Shown piece after piece: positions 35,543-48,415 of a DNA stretch of 64,000 bases (position 1 is its first letter; each line of letters starts with the position of its first letter). The notes below the pieces were generated by a model, which ran no database searches, was not told where the DNA came from, and saw only the letters and a list, made by a program, of their open reading frames with translations. A program made the translations under genes and the position numbers. This DNA is from Carcharhinus longimanus (lineage: Eukaryota): contig JASCQW010000112.1 of assembly GCA_030264375.1 (NCBI GenBank), forward strand, positions 6,269,527 to 6,333,526, in the 5' to 3' direction.

Positions 35543-38500
35543 GACAGTAATGCACAGCCTCTTTAAGATTGTTGGCAGAAATTTATTTTCTTTCAGCACG
35601 TCAGGTGAATTATAATGATTTGTGGCAATATCAGCAATCACTTTGTTTCCCTATTTTAAGCCCCCTTGAGTTTTTTTAAATATAAAAAGTAATTTTCATT
35701 TAAGGAGATTGAAGCCATAGCAGAACTTTTACTGACACTCAGCTAATTTGCAAAAGCTTTTCATTGACTGACAACAAAAGCCAAAATCACTGCACCTTTT
35801 TGCTCTCCCTCTCCCACTCCCTCTCTAGCTCTCGCTCTCTTTTCCCCTCCACACTCTGTCTCCCCACTCACTAACTATTCCCNNNNNNNNNNNNNNNNNN
35901 NNNNNNNNNNNNNNNNNNNNNNNNNNNNNNNNNNNNNNNNNNNNNNNNNNNNNNNNNNNNNNNNNNNNNNNNNNNNNNNNNNCTCTCTCTTCCACCTCAC
36001 TCACTCTCTCTCTTCCACCTCACTCACTCTCTCTCTTCCACCTCACTCACTCACTCTCTCTTCCACCTCACTCACTCACTCTCTCTTCCACCTCACTCAC
36101 TCTCTCTCTTCCACCTCACTCACTCACTCTCTCTCTCTCTTCCACCTCACTCACTCACTCTCTCTCTTTCTCTTTCCTCTCCCTCCCCTCTTCTTATTTC
36201 ACCTTGACTCTCTAGGTGCACACAGGATACATTACACTGACACAAATTGAGTTTGCATTTTGAATCCCGCAATGTTCTAATGTGAAAAGATGGATCAGTG
36301 ACCGTTCTGATCCAGCCATGCTGAACGACAGCCAGCCTGAAAAGCACTGTGGCCTAGAGCCATCTAGAGGCATCTGGACAAAAGGAAGAAAATTAATCTG
36401 CTGCTCAAGACTGTGATGAATTCGTTGGAGGCAACTGCACTTAAGTACCAGAGCTCTGGGTCTTTTAACAGTATAGCAGACGACCGCCATTATTATTGGG
36501 AAAAACAGTCTATTTAAAGTAGGAAAAAAAAGTCCTGCCATTGGTCAGTTCCACAAATTTCTGTCTTCTTAAACCACACACATGTTCAAAGCCATATGCC
36601 TGATGGATGGCACTGCGTGCAAAGAGAAAGAAAACATACCGCCTTTGAAACTGCCTGAGTGATGTGAAAGCAATCAAGTCTTGCAAAGAAATTCATAATC
36701 AAGCGATAACAAGATAGCGATGCTAATCCATCCTGCCCGATCAAAACGATTGATCCGGCCACGATGAGGAAGACGACAAAACAAAAAGAGAAAAAAGCTC
36801 TAAAGCCTGCCATTAGTATTATTCTGGAACAGAGTTGCTGAACAGTGATATATCGGTGAGCTCCTCCACTGCCCTGGAATTGGAGTAAGCAGTTTCTCTC
36901 TCAGTCAGGAAACGTGTATGATAAAAGACCATTGATTTTGGAATATAACCTACGTAGCCAGCAGGATTATCCAATCCATGTTGCATGGGTTCTTTGAACA
37001 AAAACTTTGCTTTTTATTCAAAGACGAGAAAAAGAGTTCATGTAAGGTAAATAATGTATTTAGCATGAGCATGAATTATTTTCATATAAATATAGAAAAT
37101 AGAGAAAAGGCAATGCCTCTAATTTTTAAGCCCTTAGGCCTAGATTTTTTTTTTGAAGCAGGTGATAAGGTTTAACCTTTTTTTCAGGGAAAAAAAACTG
37201 ACTGTTGGGGAACTTACTCTGCAATATGAAGACTTCACATTTCTGGTAGGGCTTGGATGGTTGAGTATACTGCCTTGTCTGCACATTCGGGCCCCACTAC
37301 AGGCTTGTAAGATATGAAGAACAGTGACAGGTAACATATAACNNNNNNNNNNNNNNNNNNNNNNNNNNNNNNNNNNNNNNNNNNNNNNAGGGAAAAGGAG
37401 GGATGGGTTGGGGTGGGTGGTGAGGGGTGGGGGGGGATGTGGGAAATAAGACTGTTCTCACCTAGTCAGTAGTGAGTGTGCATGATTTATCTAATCTCCT
37501 CAAATTATCTGTTAAATATTTGGGGTGGAGTGATGTATTGAATATCAATATCATATATTGGCAATATGTCACAAAACGGCACCTAGCAGTGCTGCTCATT
37601 ATAACGATCGGAAGAAAAATAAACCACCACCGTTATTGTTTTTTCGACTGTTACGTCAGGTTTATTTTTAAATTTGATGAGGTGGGGCCCTGGAGAGCAA
37701 TTAATTAAACTCGTATCGTTTTGGCCATTGTTGGATTCCTAATTTTTACTTAAGTGAAACTTTGTGTGTTGGGAATCAAGAAAGAAACATATGCAGTCAC
37801 TGTGATCAATAGGTGGCACTGGCTGTTGAATAACATGCTGAGTCTTTCTGTAATTTGCCTCAGAAATTGGGTAGCCTCTTTCGAATGATCCTACGTTGGT
37901 AGAAGTACAGGTGTTCATTCACACTCACTGCTTGACATTTATCTTCTGAAAACTGTTAACCAGGAGACCAAATCTAGTCATTTTTGTTTGACCGATGTAT
38001 GCCAGAGTTTAAAATTGCAAATGAATATTGGTTATTCACCTGCATATGCTGGGTTTAATGGCAATGACCATTGTGGAAAAGAATACATTCAGAATTTTAT
38101 ATTGTAATTGTTCGAAGGCATACAAAGAAGAACAGTGTAACTGGATTTTGCAAAACATATTATCATCTGGGCTATGTTCATATAACATAGTGAATACTTT
38201 GTGACCAGGGTTTTGTGGTTTTGATTTTTTTAAATTGGCTCATTAACTTTGGCAAAGGGGGCAATGCCTTTTTAACTGGGTAAATTACTACAATGATGGA
38301 TTATTTGCGCAAATATATGATCTTTATTCTGAAGGCTTTAGAAATCATGTGCAGTAATATTCCATGACGGGCAAAAAATTGCAATGTTGAGATGTTGAAA
38401 GACTTGAAATTAGGGGATAAAATCGATAACTAAGACCGGTTTAAATCTCCATAGTGATATTTTGAAATTAAACACTCATGTGACCAAAACCAACCAAGCA

Positions 38501-41500
38501 ATAGCTATAATGCTTCTTTGGTTGGCTATTACATCCTATAGGATAAAGCAAGCCATAGAGCTGGAAGGCATTGGGATGCTAGCTTCCTATATACAAAAAG
38601 CAGAGGTTACCCAAAAGTAAAATGATGAAAGAAAAATCTTGGTAAAGCAAGGCAAAGAAGTGTCAAAGTCATCCTGGTTGAGATTGGCACTTATTTAAAT
38701 GCATAAAGGCAATGGATGAAGGATAATTCTTTGTCACTGCTGAGCTAGACTCTCAAACAAAGATTGGGGAAATGGTTAAAGATTCAAAACACCGGGCATC
38801 TTCATTCTCTCCACCCACTTTACATTGAAATCCATGAGAGAAACAACTACAATAGAGTTGTTAAACACTGTTAATCAAAGGCTCTGTATAGTGGTGCACA
38901 CAAGTTGAAATCCAGATTTGGTAACGTGAGTAGGAATTTATTATAAGACTATGAGAGCAAGAAACTTAAAAGAAAGCAGATAAAAATTGAGGATGGATAG
39001 TGGTAGGTCAGTTAGCATTTGGAAAAGGCAACCAGAATGACATTTGAAGAGAGGCTAATTGAAATAGCCTCACCAAAATACAAATTGTATTTCTCTCCCA
39101 GATTTTGACTGAACTATATATTTCACTTTTATTTTATCAACCATTAGTCATTATTGAGGTGTTCATGACTCTTATCAACTCAGAATAATACAGTTTTTCA
39201 CTGGGCTTTGAAATCTTTGATTTGGATGGAGTAACAGCTGATGGGGGGCCTGTTTCAATAATGCTGACCCTTTAAATTATTCAAAGTTTCCTTTAAAAAA
39301 AAATCCCCTGCTTGCCGAAATGAACAAACTCTTGTTATCAGTTAATGCTGATAAGCCCGGTTACAGAGTTGATTTTCTTGCCACAAAAAGCTAAGCAAAG
39401 ACCTCTGCCACTGAAAGAGGATTGGAAATGTCAAGTTTTAAGTTCACCAACTTAGCCTGACATTTTACAGGCTCCGGTGGACGTGCACCAGTTCTGCTGG
39501 CTAACTTTTCCAATTCACCAACGGAGCATTATGGTGTTTCTTCAGAGCTCAGGTAATCTAGCAGAGAAGGGACCTGTTGTTCAGCCAGCCGAATAATCAT
39601 TCAGTGAAAAGGCGGCTACACTATGATTAGTAGATATAAATAGGTAGAGGCCAGGCCGGACTGTAAAACCAAAGGCCACATCTGAATGAACATGACCGTT
39701 TTGAGCATTAGCAAGATGTAACCATGAAATTAACAAAAACTGCAGCACAAGAGCGAAGCTTTAAATATTAAACCAATCCATAAACAGTTCCTTTCCTGCC
39801 AACTTAAAGCCTCCATTTGACTTACCAAGAGTGGTACAAATAGTCTTCCTGCACCCAATTTTGTGAGAAATAGATTTGGTACGATTCACAAAACAACAGC
39901 TCCATTTAGAATTATTTGCACGTGCAACTCCATAAAACCTCCCAAAATTAGCCAGCTCTATTGAACTGTTCATCAAACTTTGGTTCAGTATGAATCACTC
40001 CCTTCAACACAAAGAAGGTAAAGGGAAACAATTAAAATTGTGCCTTTCAAATCCTCAGACATCTTGAAAAAGGGGATAATGGTAAGGATCAAATGCTACA
40101 TCATGGCACAGGGATGGTGAAATTGGTTCCTTGATCTTTCATGTCCCCTTTAAATTTTTACATTGACCTCTGCTCTAATTTCTTGGCTTCATAGAGATGC
40201 ACAAGTACAAACTGGTGTTAATATTACTTTGCATGTTTCCAAACACCCATCTCCAATCTTTTTGCCTAACTGCCATCAGATGCACCTTACCCCAAAAAGC
40301 AGTCAGGAGCAGAAACTTGTTGTGTTGGGAATTAGGAAGTATAAAGCCTGTAAAACCTTTCACAATACCCTTATTAAAAAATATTATTGCAAGACTTGTA
40401 TCCACATAGCTGCATAGCAAGATCTGTCTGATCTTTCATCTGATAGACTGTTTGATTTAATTTTCATCCAGTTGCCACGATTGAATTGCCCAAAATAAAC
40501 CTTGATATAGGCTGGGAGCACAAGTTGCTACAGGCATTGTTTGTATTTGTCTGGTATGAGGAAAGCTTCACTCAAGCCTTTGCCAAAAGTGGTAGTAGAA
40601 TTTATACCAGCAGTAGGATAGTTGTGATATCTGCAATTTTGACTTATCCCCCCTACCCTGAATCAATTGAGGAAGGAAAGACATTTCCACCATGTGGAAT
40701 TACAGCTAGGATCTCCCCGCCCACACAAGACGCCAAGTAACTTCAAATCCTTTTTAATATCTCGTTGAGCTACGGTTCCAAAGGAGAGTAAGAGTGCACC
40801 TATTAGCAGAGTGGAGCTTGTTCCCAGCTAATTGAAGTGGTTAACCCTGATGAGGCCCTTTTGTGTAGCTAATTGCTCCCATGTAGGCTATCTTTAGACA
40901 TCTGTTTGATAATTACAGGGTAACCCCATGGAGTAACCTTCAAGCTTCTCCAGCAATTTTGGAGATCAATGTTGGCTTCTGCTTTTTGTAATAAGAGACT
41001 AAGCCCTCTCTCCAGTGACTTTGTTGATGTAAGCAAGATATCCCGTAGAATGTAAAAAAGAAACAAATGAAGAAATGTAGATTTCAGCCTTATTATAGCA
41101 TATTCTTTTAGTGAAGTTATCCTTGGCATTCCATATATTCTACCTTCCTTTCAAATCAGATTTTAGGTTGTGTGGACTACCAGATAGGATGCTGAAATTC
41201 AGCATTTAAACTATTGAATTAGGTTAATAATGCAACGCCATAATGTGGTACTGAGAGTATGCTTAAAATTATGGGGAAGATGCATTTGGATTGAATACCT
41301 GAAACATACACTAATGACTTTGGATTGAAGGTGATTGGAAATTCTCGAATAACCAGAAGCTACTGTGTAGAACAGGTAAGGTGGAGTTTAGTGGTACCAA
41401 ACTGTCACCTAAAGGTGTTTGTGTTGCACCTTTTTGTGAAGCATAACTTCAAAGATTGAGGAGTGCTACATCCAAGGCGAGTCATCTACCTTAATAGTTA

Positions 41501-41880
41501 CATGAGAGGCCAAGTTTGTTTACTTTGATATTTAATGATCTATAAACTGCCATTTTCTTGTTTTGCAAGAAGTATGTTGAATTTTTTAATAGTTTTCTTT
41601 TCACAATGTGAGCAGTCGGAAGGCACAGGCAATCAACCAACCTTCAAGAAATATGACAAAGTCAATACAGAGGCATATTTGCATTCTACATTTCCTTGAT
41701 GTTTGATCATTTTGCCAAAGACAAAAAAAATCATCAATTGTAAATATCACTTGTCCATATATGAGAAAACCTTTTCTTGAACCTACCATAAAGTTTCTGT
41801 GATGTAATTGTCTTCCAGTTGCAATAAAAAATTACAAGTTGCATCAATTGAAAATAAAATGGCTCCTTGAATTGTGTTGT
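35543..41880 (+). other. FOXN3: Putative long 3'UTR of FOXN3
   Basis: Runs from the stop codon to tandem AATAAA signals. No recognisable interspersed repeats over about 6.3 kb, unlike the flanks. The end point is inferred. Confidence 0.65.
35983..36170 (+). repeat. Pyrimidine-rich minisatellite, unit about (CTCT)nTCCACCTCACTCA
   Basis: About seven copies of ttccacctcactcactctct next to an N-gap. Confidence 0.9.
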
Positions 41881-41885
41881 TGTCC
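41823..41885 (+). terminator. Tandem polyadenylation signals with GU-rich downstream element
   Basis: AATAAA at 41823-28 and 41853-58, followed by attgtgttgttgtc. Confidence 0.6.
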
Positions 41886-43129
41886 AGTATTCCTCACCAG
41901 TTCAATCGTGACTGCTATCAGAGTGCAGATAATGAATGGTAGCTTTAACTTGGCTAAATGCCAGATATATTTAGTAAATGGGGTAATATATTGTTGGAAT
42001 TTTGAAATTGGCTGAAAGGCACATGCCAGTTCTGAATGAGGAACAGTTGAATATGATCGAAGATGTCTGGAGGACGTTTTGAGTGAATTCAGTTCGACAG
42101 CTGAAGAGCACTGTGCATTGCCAACCTGTTTAAAGCTGATGGGTAATATTAAAAAGGATGAAGATTGGGAGTGTTAAATGCTCAACTAAAATGCAACTAA
42201 TATGGTAGTAGCACCATATTCCAAATAAAATAAACCAAACTTATTTTTTTACACATGAATATACAGTAGAACTAATGGATCAGGGTGTACTTCTTACCCA
42301 GATAAAGCAACTATATGGTTAATATGTTTGACAACCATTTTTCTTTGTTCAATCTGTTTCCATTCTGGCTAGATTGAACATACGTTGTTGAATGTATTGT
42401 TGATTTAAAGCTGTATTTGTTCCTAGTTTTTACTTTCTGTCATGTTTCATCAAAGCCACACAAGAAAAACTACTGCAAAATTTCACTGAGTGTTTAAATG
42501 AATTTAAGCAAAATATGATCACTTCAGGAAATTAGAATTGCTGTGAGCAACTGGCTTTTCTCATTTAGCACTTGGGCTGAATCAGATGTATAATGTTATC
42601 TAACTTTCTGAATAAAATGCAATTTAACTTGGTTGCTTTAAAATCTTGGGCATGAATAACAATTGAGATCATTCCTCACGAAGACAGGTATGGTATCTGC
42701 TGTGGTTATGATACTGAACAGGTAATCTTGAATTTCAATCCCACTAGGCAAGTTACAAATTTTATCGGCTACAACCAGGAAATTACAATGCAACATTGTT
42801 TATCAACATTAACAAATGGTTTACCAAAATCCTTCAGAGATGAAAACCTTCTTCCTTGATGGTGACTCTGGTCTTAAGTATTTGTTTCTTAATGTCCTCT
42901 AAGTCAATTCAGTTTTACAATTGCCATAGAACAGAAACACAGCAGGGTATTTACCTCATTAGAAGTCTTTGTCAGAGCAGTGGAGGGTGGGAAAAATGAA
43001 ATGCCACATTGCCAGTGTCCTGAGATAGAATCCAATAAATAATATCACATAACATCACACTTGGTTCCAGTCATGTTCCAATCTGAAATTTGGGTTCCAT
43101 CAGCATCATCAGTTCCTGACCTCATTATA

Positions 43130-43775
43130 TCCTTGGTTAAAACATAGACAAAAGAGCTAAATGCCAGAGGCAAGGTGACATAGCTGCCCTTGATATCAGA
43201 GCAGCATTGACCGAGCATGGCATCAAGGGGCCCCAGCGAAACTGGATTCGATGGGAATCCGGGGGGATGGGTGGGGATGAGCTGGCGTGGATGAGGAGGA
43301 GGAAGAACCCTCCACTGGTTGGAGTCACACCTGACACACAGGAAGATGGTTGTGGTTGTTGAAGATCATTTATCTCAGCTCCAGGATATCATTGCAGGAA
43401 TTCCTCAGGGTAGTGTCGTGTCCTAGCCCCAACTATTTTCAGTTACTTCATTAATGACCTTCCTTCCATCATAAAGTCAGAAGTGTGAATTGTGCAATCA
43501 TTAGCAAATATGTTCAGCACCATTTATGAAGCATTCATGCCCAAATCTAGCAAGACCTGGACAACATCCAGGCTTGGGCTAACAAATGGCAAGTGACATT
43601 CGTGCCACACAAGTGCCAGACAATGACCATCTCCAACAAGACAGAATATGACTATTGCCCTCAGCATTCAATGGCATTACCGTCGCTGAATCTCCCACTA
43701 TCAATATTCTGGGAGTTACAGTTGGCCAGAAACTGAACCAGACTAGCCATATAAACACTGGCTGCAAGAACAGGT
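43130..43775 (+). mobile_element. CR1-clade LINE reverse transcriptase remnant
   Basis: Frameshifted ALDIRAA..R.WHQG, LESHLTHRKMVVVVE, AGIPQGSV, FSYFINDLPSIIKSEV and TINILGVT motifs. Confidence 0.75.
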
Positions 43776-43797
43776 TGGAAGGATTAAAGATTAATCA

Positions 43798-43925
43798 AAG
43801 AGTCATACAGACTCTTTGTTCATTGTCTCTCTTTTCACAGATGATGCCAGCCCTGCTGAGTCCAGCAAATAAAATTTGTTTTATTTCAGATTTTCAGTAT
43901 TCGCAGTATTTTGCTTTTATTTTAA
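43798..43925 (+). mobile_element. Short Penelope-derived repeat
   Basis: agagtcatacagactc...cacagatgatgccag.cctgctgag...atttcagatt..cag.at.cgcagtattttgctttt. Confidence 0.6.
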
Positions 43926-43929
43926 TTGT

Positions 43930-44715
43930 CATCAAATCATTTACAACCATCAAGTCTATGCCAACTCTGTGTGGAGCAATCCAACCAATCTGGTTATCTC
44001 CATAGCCCCACAAGTTTATTTCTTACTGCCCATCTAATTTCCTTTGAAATCATTGTTCCCACTTACACGCCCCTTAATGGCAGCAAGTTCCAGGTCATTA
44101 CCACTCGCTGCACAAAAATAATCCTCAAAACCTTAAATTTTGTTGTCAGGCCTTTATATATTCCACTGATGGGAGCAGATTTTCCTGATCTACCTTCTCC
44201 AAAAGCCTGATAATCTTGTAAATGTCTATCAAGTTTCTGCTCAATCCCACTTGCTCCCAAGGAGAACAACCTTAGCTTTTCCAGCCTAATCACATGGCTA
44301 AAACCCCCCATCCCTCGAACCATTCTGGTAAATCTCCTCTGCAACTTCTTAAAAGACACACTCGACCTTCCTCATGACTGGTGCACAGAAGATGGGGCCA
44401 AATCAGAGCTTTATAAAGGTTCAGCATAACCACCCTGATTTTGTGCTCGATCTTTTTTTTCAGAAGCCCAAGACCCCGTATGTTAAGTTAACCACTATCT
44501 CAATATGTCCTGCTACCTTTCATAGATCGGTGCACTTGCATTCTCAGGTTCTGTTCCAGTGCTCTTTAGAACTTTGCCATTAAGTCTATGTTGTCTTTCC
44601 CTATTCTGTCTAACAAAATGCATCGCCTCATTTCTTAGTATTAAATAATCCAATATCCAAGTCATTTATTTATGTACAAAATACAGTGGTCCTGGCACTA
44701 ACTGTTGGGGAGCAT
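43930..44715 (-). mobile_element. CR1/HER1 LINE 3' end
   Basis: KLQRRFTRMVRGMGGFSHVIRLEKLRLFSL...QRVVMTWNLLP ORF. Confidence 0.8.
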
Positions 44716-44789
44716 CAAATAAGGTAAGAAATAGTTTTTTTTTAAACTTTTAGTTCCCTATGTCTATTTTTAAAATTCCTTTGTCTAAA

Positions 44790-45110
44790 TTTGGAAGTTG
44801 TTATCCTTCTATGGTCCTACCTCCCCCTGCAATTTGTATCTTTCAGGTTCCTATACTGCTCCAAATCTGGCTTTTTGCGTATTCCTGATTTTAATCACTC
44901 CACTATTGCTGACCATGCCTTCAACTAGCTATGCCCCAAACTCTGGAGTTCACTCCTTAACCCCACTTCATCATCACCTTCAGGATGCTCCTCTACAACT
45001 GAACATTTGGTCACCTGTCCTAATGTCTCTTTATGTAGATCGGTATCAAATTGTTTGATCACTATCCTATGGACTTGAGTACTATATAAAAATAAGTTAT
45101 TGTTATAGAT
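44790..45110 (+). mobile_element. L2-like LINE 3' end
   Basis: ccatgccttcaact...ccccaaactctggagttcactcc...ctatataaa..aagttattgtt. Confidence 0.6.
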
Positions 45111-45129
45111 TTCCCACAGTCTTTTATTA

Positions 45130-45510
45130 GAGGCAAAAGTTGTACTCACGTTTCTGAGCCAGAAGGTCATGGATTTGAGCCACACATTGAGATATGAGTT
45201 TTAACCGAGGCCACCACTTCTCTGTAGTCCTAGAGGCATTATCAGAGGTGACATATTTTAGATGGCCAGTAAGCCAGGGCGCAGCTTGCCAATTCAGATG
45301 GATGTAAAAGATCTCGCAACACAATTGGAAGAAAACAGAGTTCTGGTGACCTGGCCAACATTCGTATCTCAACCACAGCATCAAAATGAATGGTCGTTGC
45401 TGTTTGTGGCCATGACTTAGTGTATTTGAATGTTCAACAACAGTAGCTACATGTCGAAAGTAATTCACTGGCTGTGAAAACAATTTGCAGCCCTATATAA
45501 ATTCAAATTT
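45130..45510 (+). mobile_element. Deu-domain SINE (SacSINE1/AmnSINE-like), degenerate
   Basis: tctgagccagaagg head, tcagatggatgtaaaagatc..., ctggccaacatt..tatctcaacc, aagtaattcactggctgtgaaa tail. Confidence 0.6.
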
Positions 45511-45714
45511 GTTCTTCTGTTGAGCTAAGAACACTGGAAAGGTTCTTCTAATTTAACATGGAATTTTTTTCTTTTCTGAAGGATTGGTGGAATCAAATCA
45601 ACCCAAGATGTTTTTGCCCCTTTCATTCTTTTAGAAATCAGTTCCTCCTCCCACGACCTGGAGGAAAGAAGTCATATGAGCAGTATAAATATCTGGATGA
45701 AACTGCTTGAACAA

Positions 45715-46340
45715 GATGTGGAGATGCTGCTGTTGGAGTGGGGTGGGCGTAGTAAGAAGTCTCACAACACCAGGTTAAAGTCCAACAGGTTTATTTGGAA
45801 TCAGGAGCTTTCGGAGCGCTGCTCCTTCATTAGATGAGTGGAGAGTTCGGTTCACAAATGTGGCATATATAGACACAATTACAAGATAATTACAGATTGG
45901 AATGTGAACAATGTCGGCCTTCGATCTTTGGGTAAGCGTTCTTCACAGCAGCCACAAGACATATGTAATGCAGAATCGCCAAGCAGAAACTGATAACCAA
46001 GCTCCGCATGCATGAGGATAACCTCAATCGGGATCTTGGGGTCATGTCACACTACTTGTAACCCCTGCCATTCTGCCTGGATTTGCAAAATCCTACTAAC
46101 TGCCCTGGCTTGAAACACATTACACCTCCTTAACCTGTGATTGTCCCCCTCTCTATGCACACTGTTTGTGCTTGTAAAGACTTGATTACCTGTAAAGACT
46201 CGCATTCCAACCATTCTTCACATTTCAATCTGTAATTATCTTACAATTGTGTCTTTGGCTATATATGCTGTGTTTGTGAATCTACCTCCACTCACCTGAT
46301 GAAGGAACAGTGCTCCAAAAGCTTGTGATTCCAAATAAAC
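45715..46340 (+). mobile_element. Truncated Penelope-like retroelement with an inverted terminal copy
   Basis: CRIAKQKLITKLRMHEDNLNRDLGVMSHYL* (about 45969-46061) resembles the end of the PLE GIY-YIG domain (GLNRD motif). About 120-bp inverted repeat 45788-45908/46217-46340. Confidence 0.75.
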
Positions 46341-47424
46341 ATAAGAAATAGGAGCAGGAGTAAGCCATCTAGCCTTTCGAGCCTGCCCCGCCATTCAATA
46401 AGATCATGGCTGATCTGAAGTGGATCAGTTCCACGTTCCTGCTTTCTNNNNNNNNNNNNNNNNNNNNNNNNNNNNNNNNNNNNNNNNNNNNNNNNNNNNN
46501 NNNNNNNNNNNNNCCCCCCCCCGGCGCCAAAGGAAGTTGGATCAATAACCAAACTTACCAAGAGTTTGGTTTCCTTGTGCCAAATAAATCCTCTTCTTAA
46601 AAAAAAATATTTTTCATTTAAAAACCACTCAATATTGATTTATTCTTAACATTATTTTGTTTGGAGAAGTGCCCAGTGCAGCACAATTCAAAGTAAGACC
46701 ATGACCAGCAGCTCATGTTTAAATTAGGGAGAAAGTGAATTGAATGCAACGTGATAGCCAGTAGTCGTTTCCATTTCTATGAGCTTCATAACTCAGGTCC
46801 CTTGTTGTTGCAGAAAAAAACTGACTTCCACCATTAGTTGATTAATATTTGCAGGTCTGTCATGCATTTGACATCAACACCTGCGGTAACCACCAAAATG
46901 TAGGGTTGTATCTTGAATTAGGACACTGGGTACCTGGCAGGATTGTAATAATGTGCATGAAATCAAAATGTTTAACTATCTTGATGTTTTCTTAACCAAA
47001 TCAGCAGAGTCCTCAAATTACAATCAATGTTTGGAACAACATAATAGTAAATTGGATTTATAGGAGTCATCAGTCATGAGTAGGAGCAATTACAATGACT
47101 AAAAGTGGAAAATAAATGACAGAAATGCACAATGAGGTAAAACAATAAGTAAAGTTATGCTGTTCTGCAAACAACTAGACAGAATGATAAGTTCTTGGGC
47201 ATATTTTGTTAAATTGATAAAAATGTTATCCATAATGAAACTGAGTAAAGCTTCATAGGATTGTGTAAGTGATTTTTAATAATTGAGATGTTGGGATAAT
47301 GCACTGTTAATATTTCAAATTTCTGAGACTGCACAGCATGGGGCAGTGTTTCACCAGTTGGGCCTGCCAATAAAACCTTGTGTATTGAAATGCTATTCAA
47401 TAGGTGACTTTCACATTTACGCTA

Positions 47425-47630
47425 CTAATCTCCTTAATACTAAGGGCAATTTAGCATGGCCGGTCACCTAACCCGCACATCTATGGACCGTGGGAGGAAA
47501 CCAGAGTACCTGGAGGAAACTCACACAGACACGGGGAGAACGTGCAAACTCTGCACAGACAGTGACCCAAGCCAGGAATCAAACCCAGGTCCCTGGTGCT
47601 GTGAGGCAGCAGTGCTAACCATTGTGCTGA
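47425..47630 (-). mobile_element. V-SINE (HE1-like)
   Basis: Head and V-domain on the minus strand. Confidence 0.85.
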
Positions 47631-48077
47631 CTTCTTTTCCCCCTCCCTTTGCCACCACCTCATTTCCCCAGATTATTGCCCTGGCCCAGATCCAAATTGA
47701 GAGGATGTTCTACCACATTAAGGATGCCATCTGAGTCTAGGTTTTTCTTAGAATAAACATCGAGACCAGTTTCAATTTGAGGAATGTGCAATTAACTTTA
47801 CAGAATTTAGGTCTGAAAATTGGCACGTGTTGATTACTCCATCTTGGGAGCAGGACGTTATTTCCTAAATTCCTCATACAGAGGCAGATGAGATAATGCA
47901 CTGTAAAAAAAATTTTGTATTATCCCTGCAAGAATATTCTGTTAGCAAGGAATATGTAGAAAATATAGCACAGAAACAGGCCGTTCATCCTAACCGCTGT
48001 ATGCTAACGTTTATGCATCACAATACTCTGGCACCCCATTTCACGTCGTCGTTCTTCACATGTTTATCTAGCTTTTC

Positions 48078-48415
48078 CGGTGGCACAGAGGTTAGCACTG
48101 CTGCCTCAGAGTGCCAGGGACCTAGATTCGATTCCAGGCTTGGATCATAGTGTGGAGTTTGCATGTTCTCCCTGTGTCTGTGTGGATTTCCTCTGGGTGC
48201 TCCAATTTCCTCCCGCAGTCCAAAGATGTGCAGTTTAGGTGGATTAGACGTGCTAACTTGCCCCTTAGTATCCCAAGATGTGTAGATTCGATGGATTAGC
48301 CATTAGAAATGTCTGGGATTACAGGGACAGGGCAGGGGAAAAGGATACTCTATCAGAGAGTTGTACAGACTTGATGGACTGAATGGCCTCTTCTGCAGTG
48401 TAGGCATTCTACGAT
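48078..48415 (+). mobile_element. V-SINE with HER1/CR1-type tail
   Basis: Head, V-domain, then cagacttgatggactgaatggcctcttctgca...attctacgatt tail. Confidence 0.85.

Noticed and set aside
35983-36170. Regularly spaced repeats as a CRISPR-like array
   Set aside because: Low-complexity units with no unique spacers, in a eukaryotic context.
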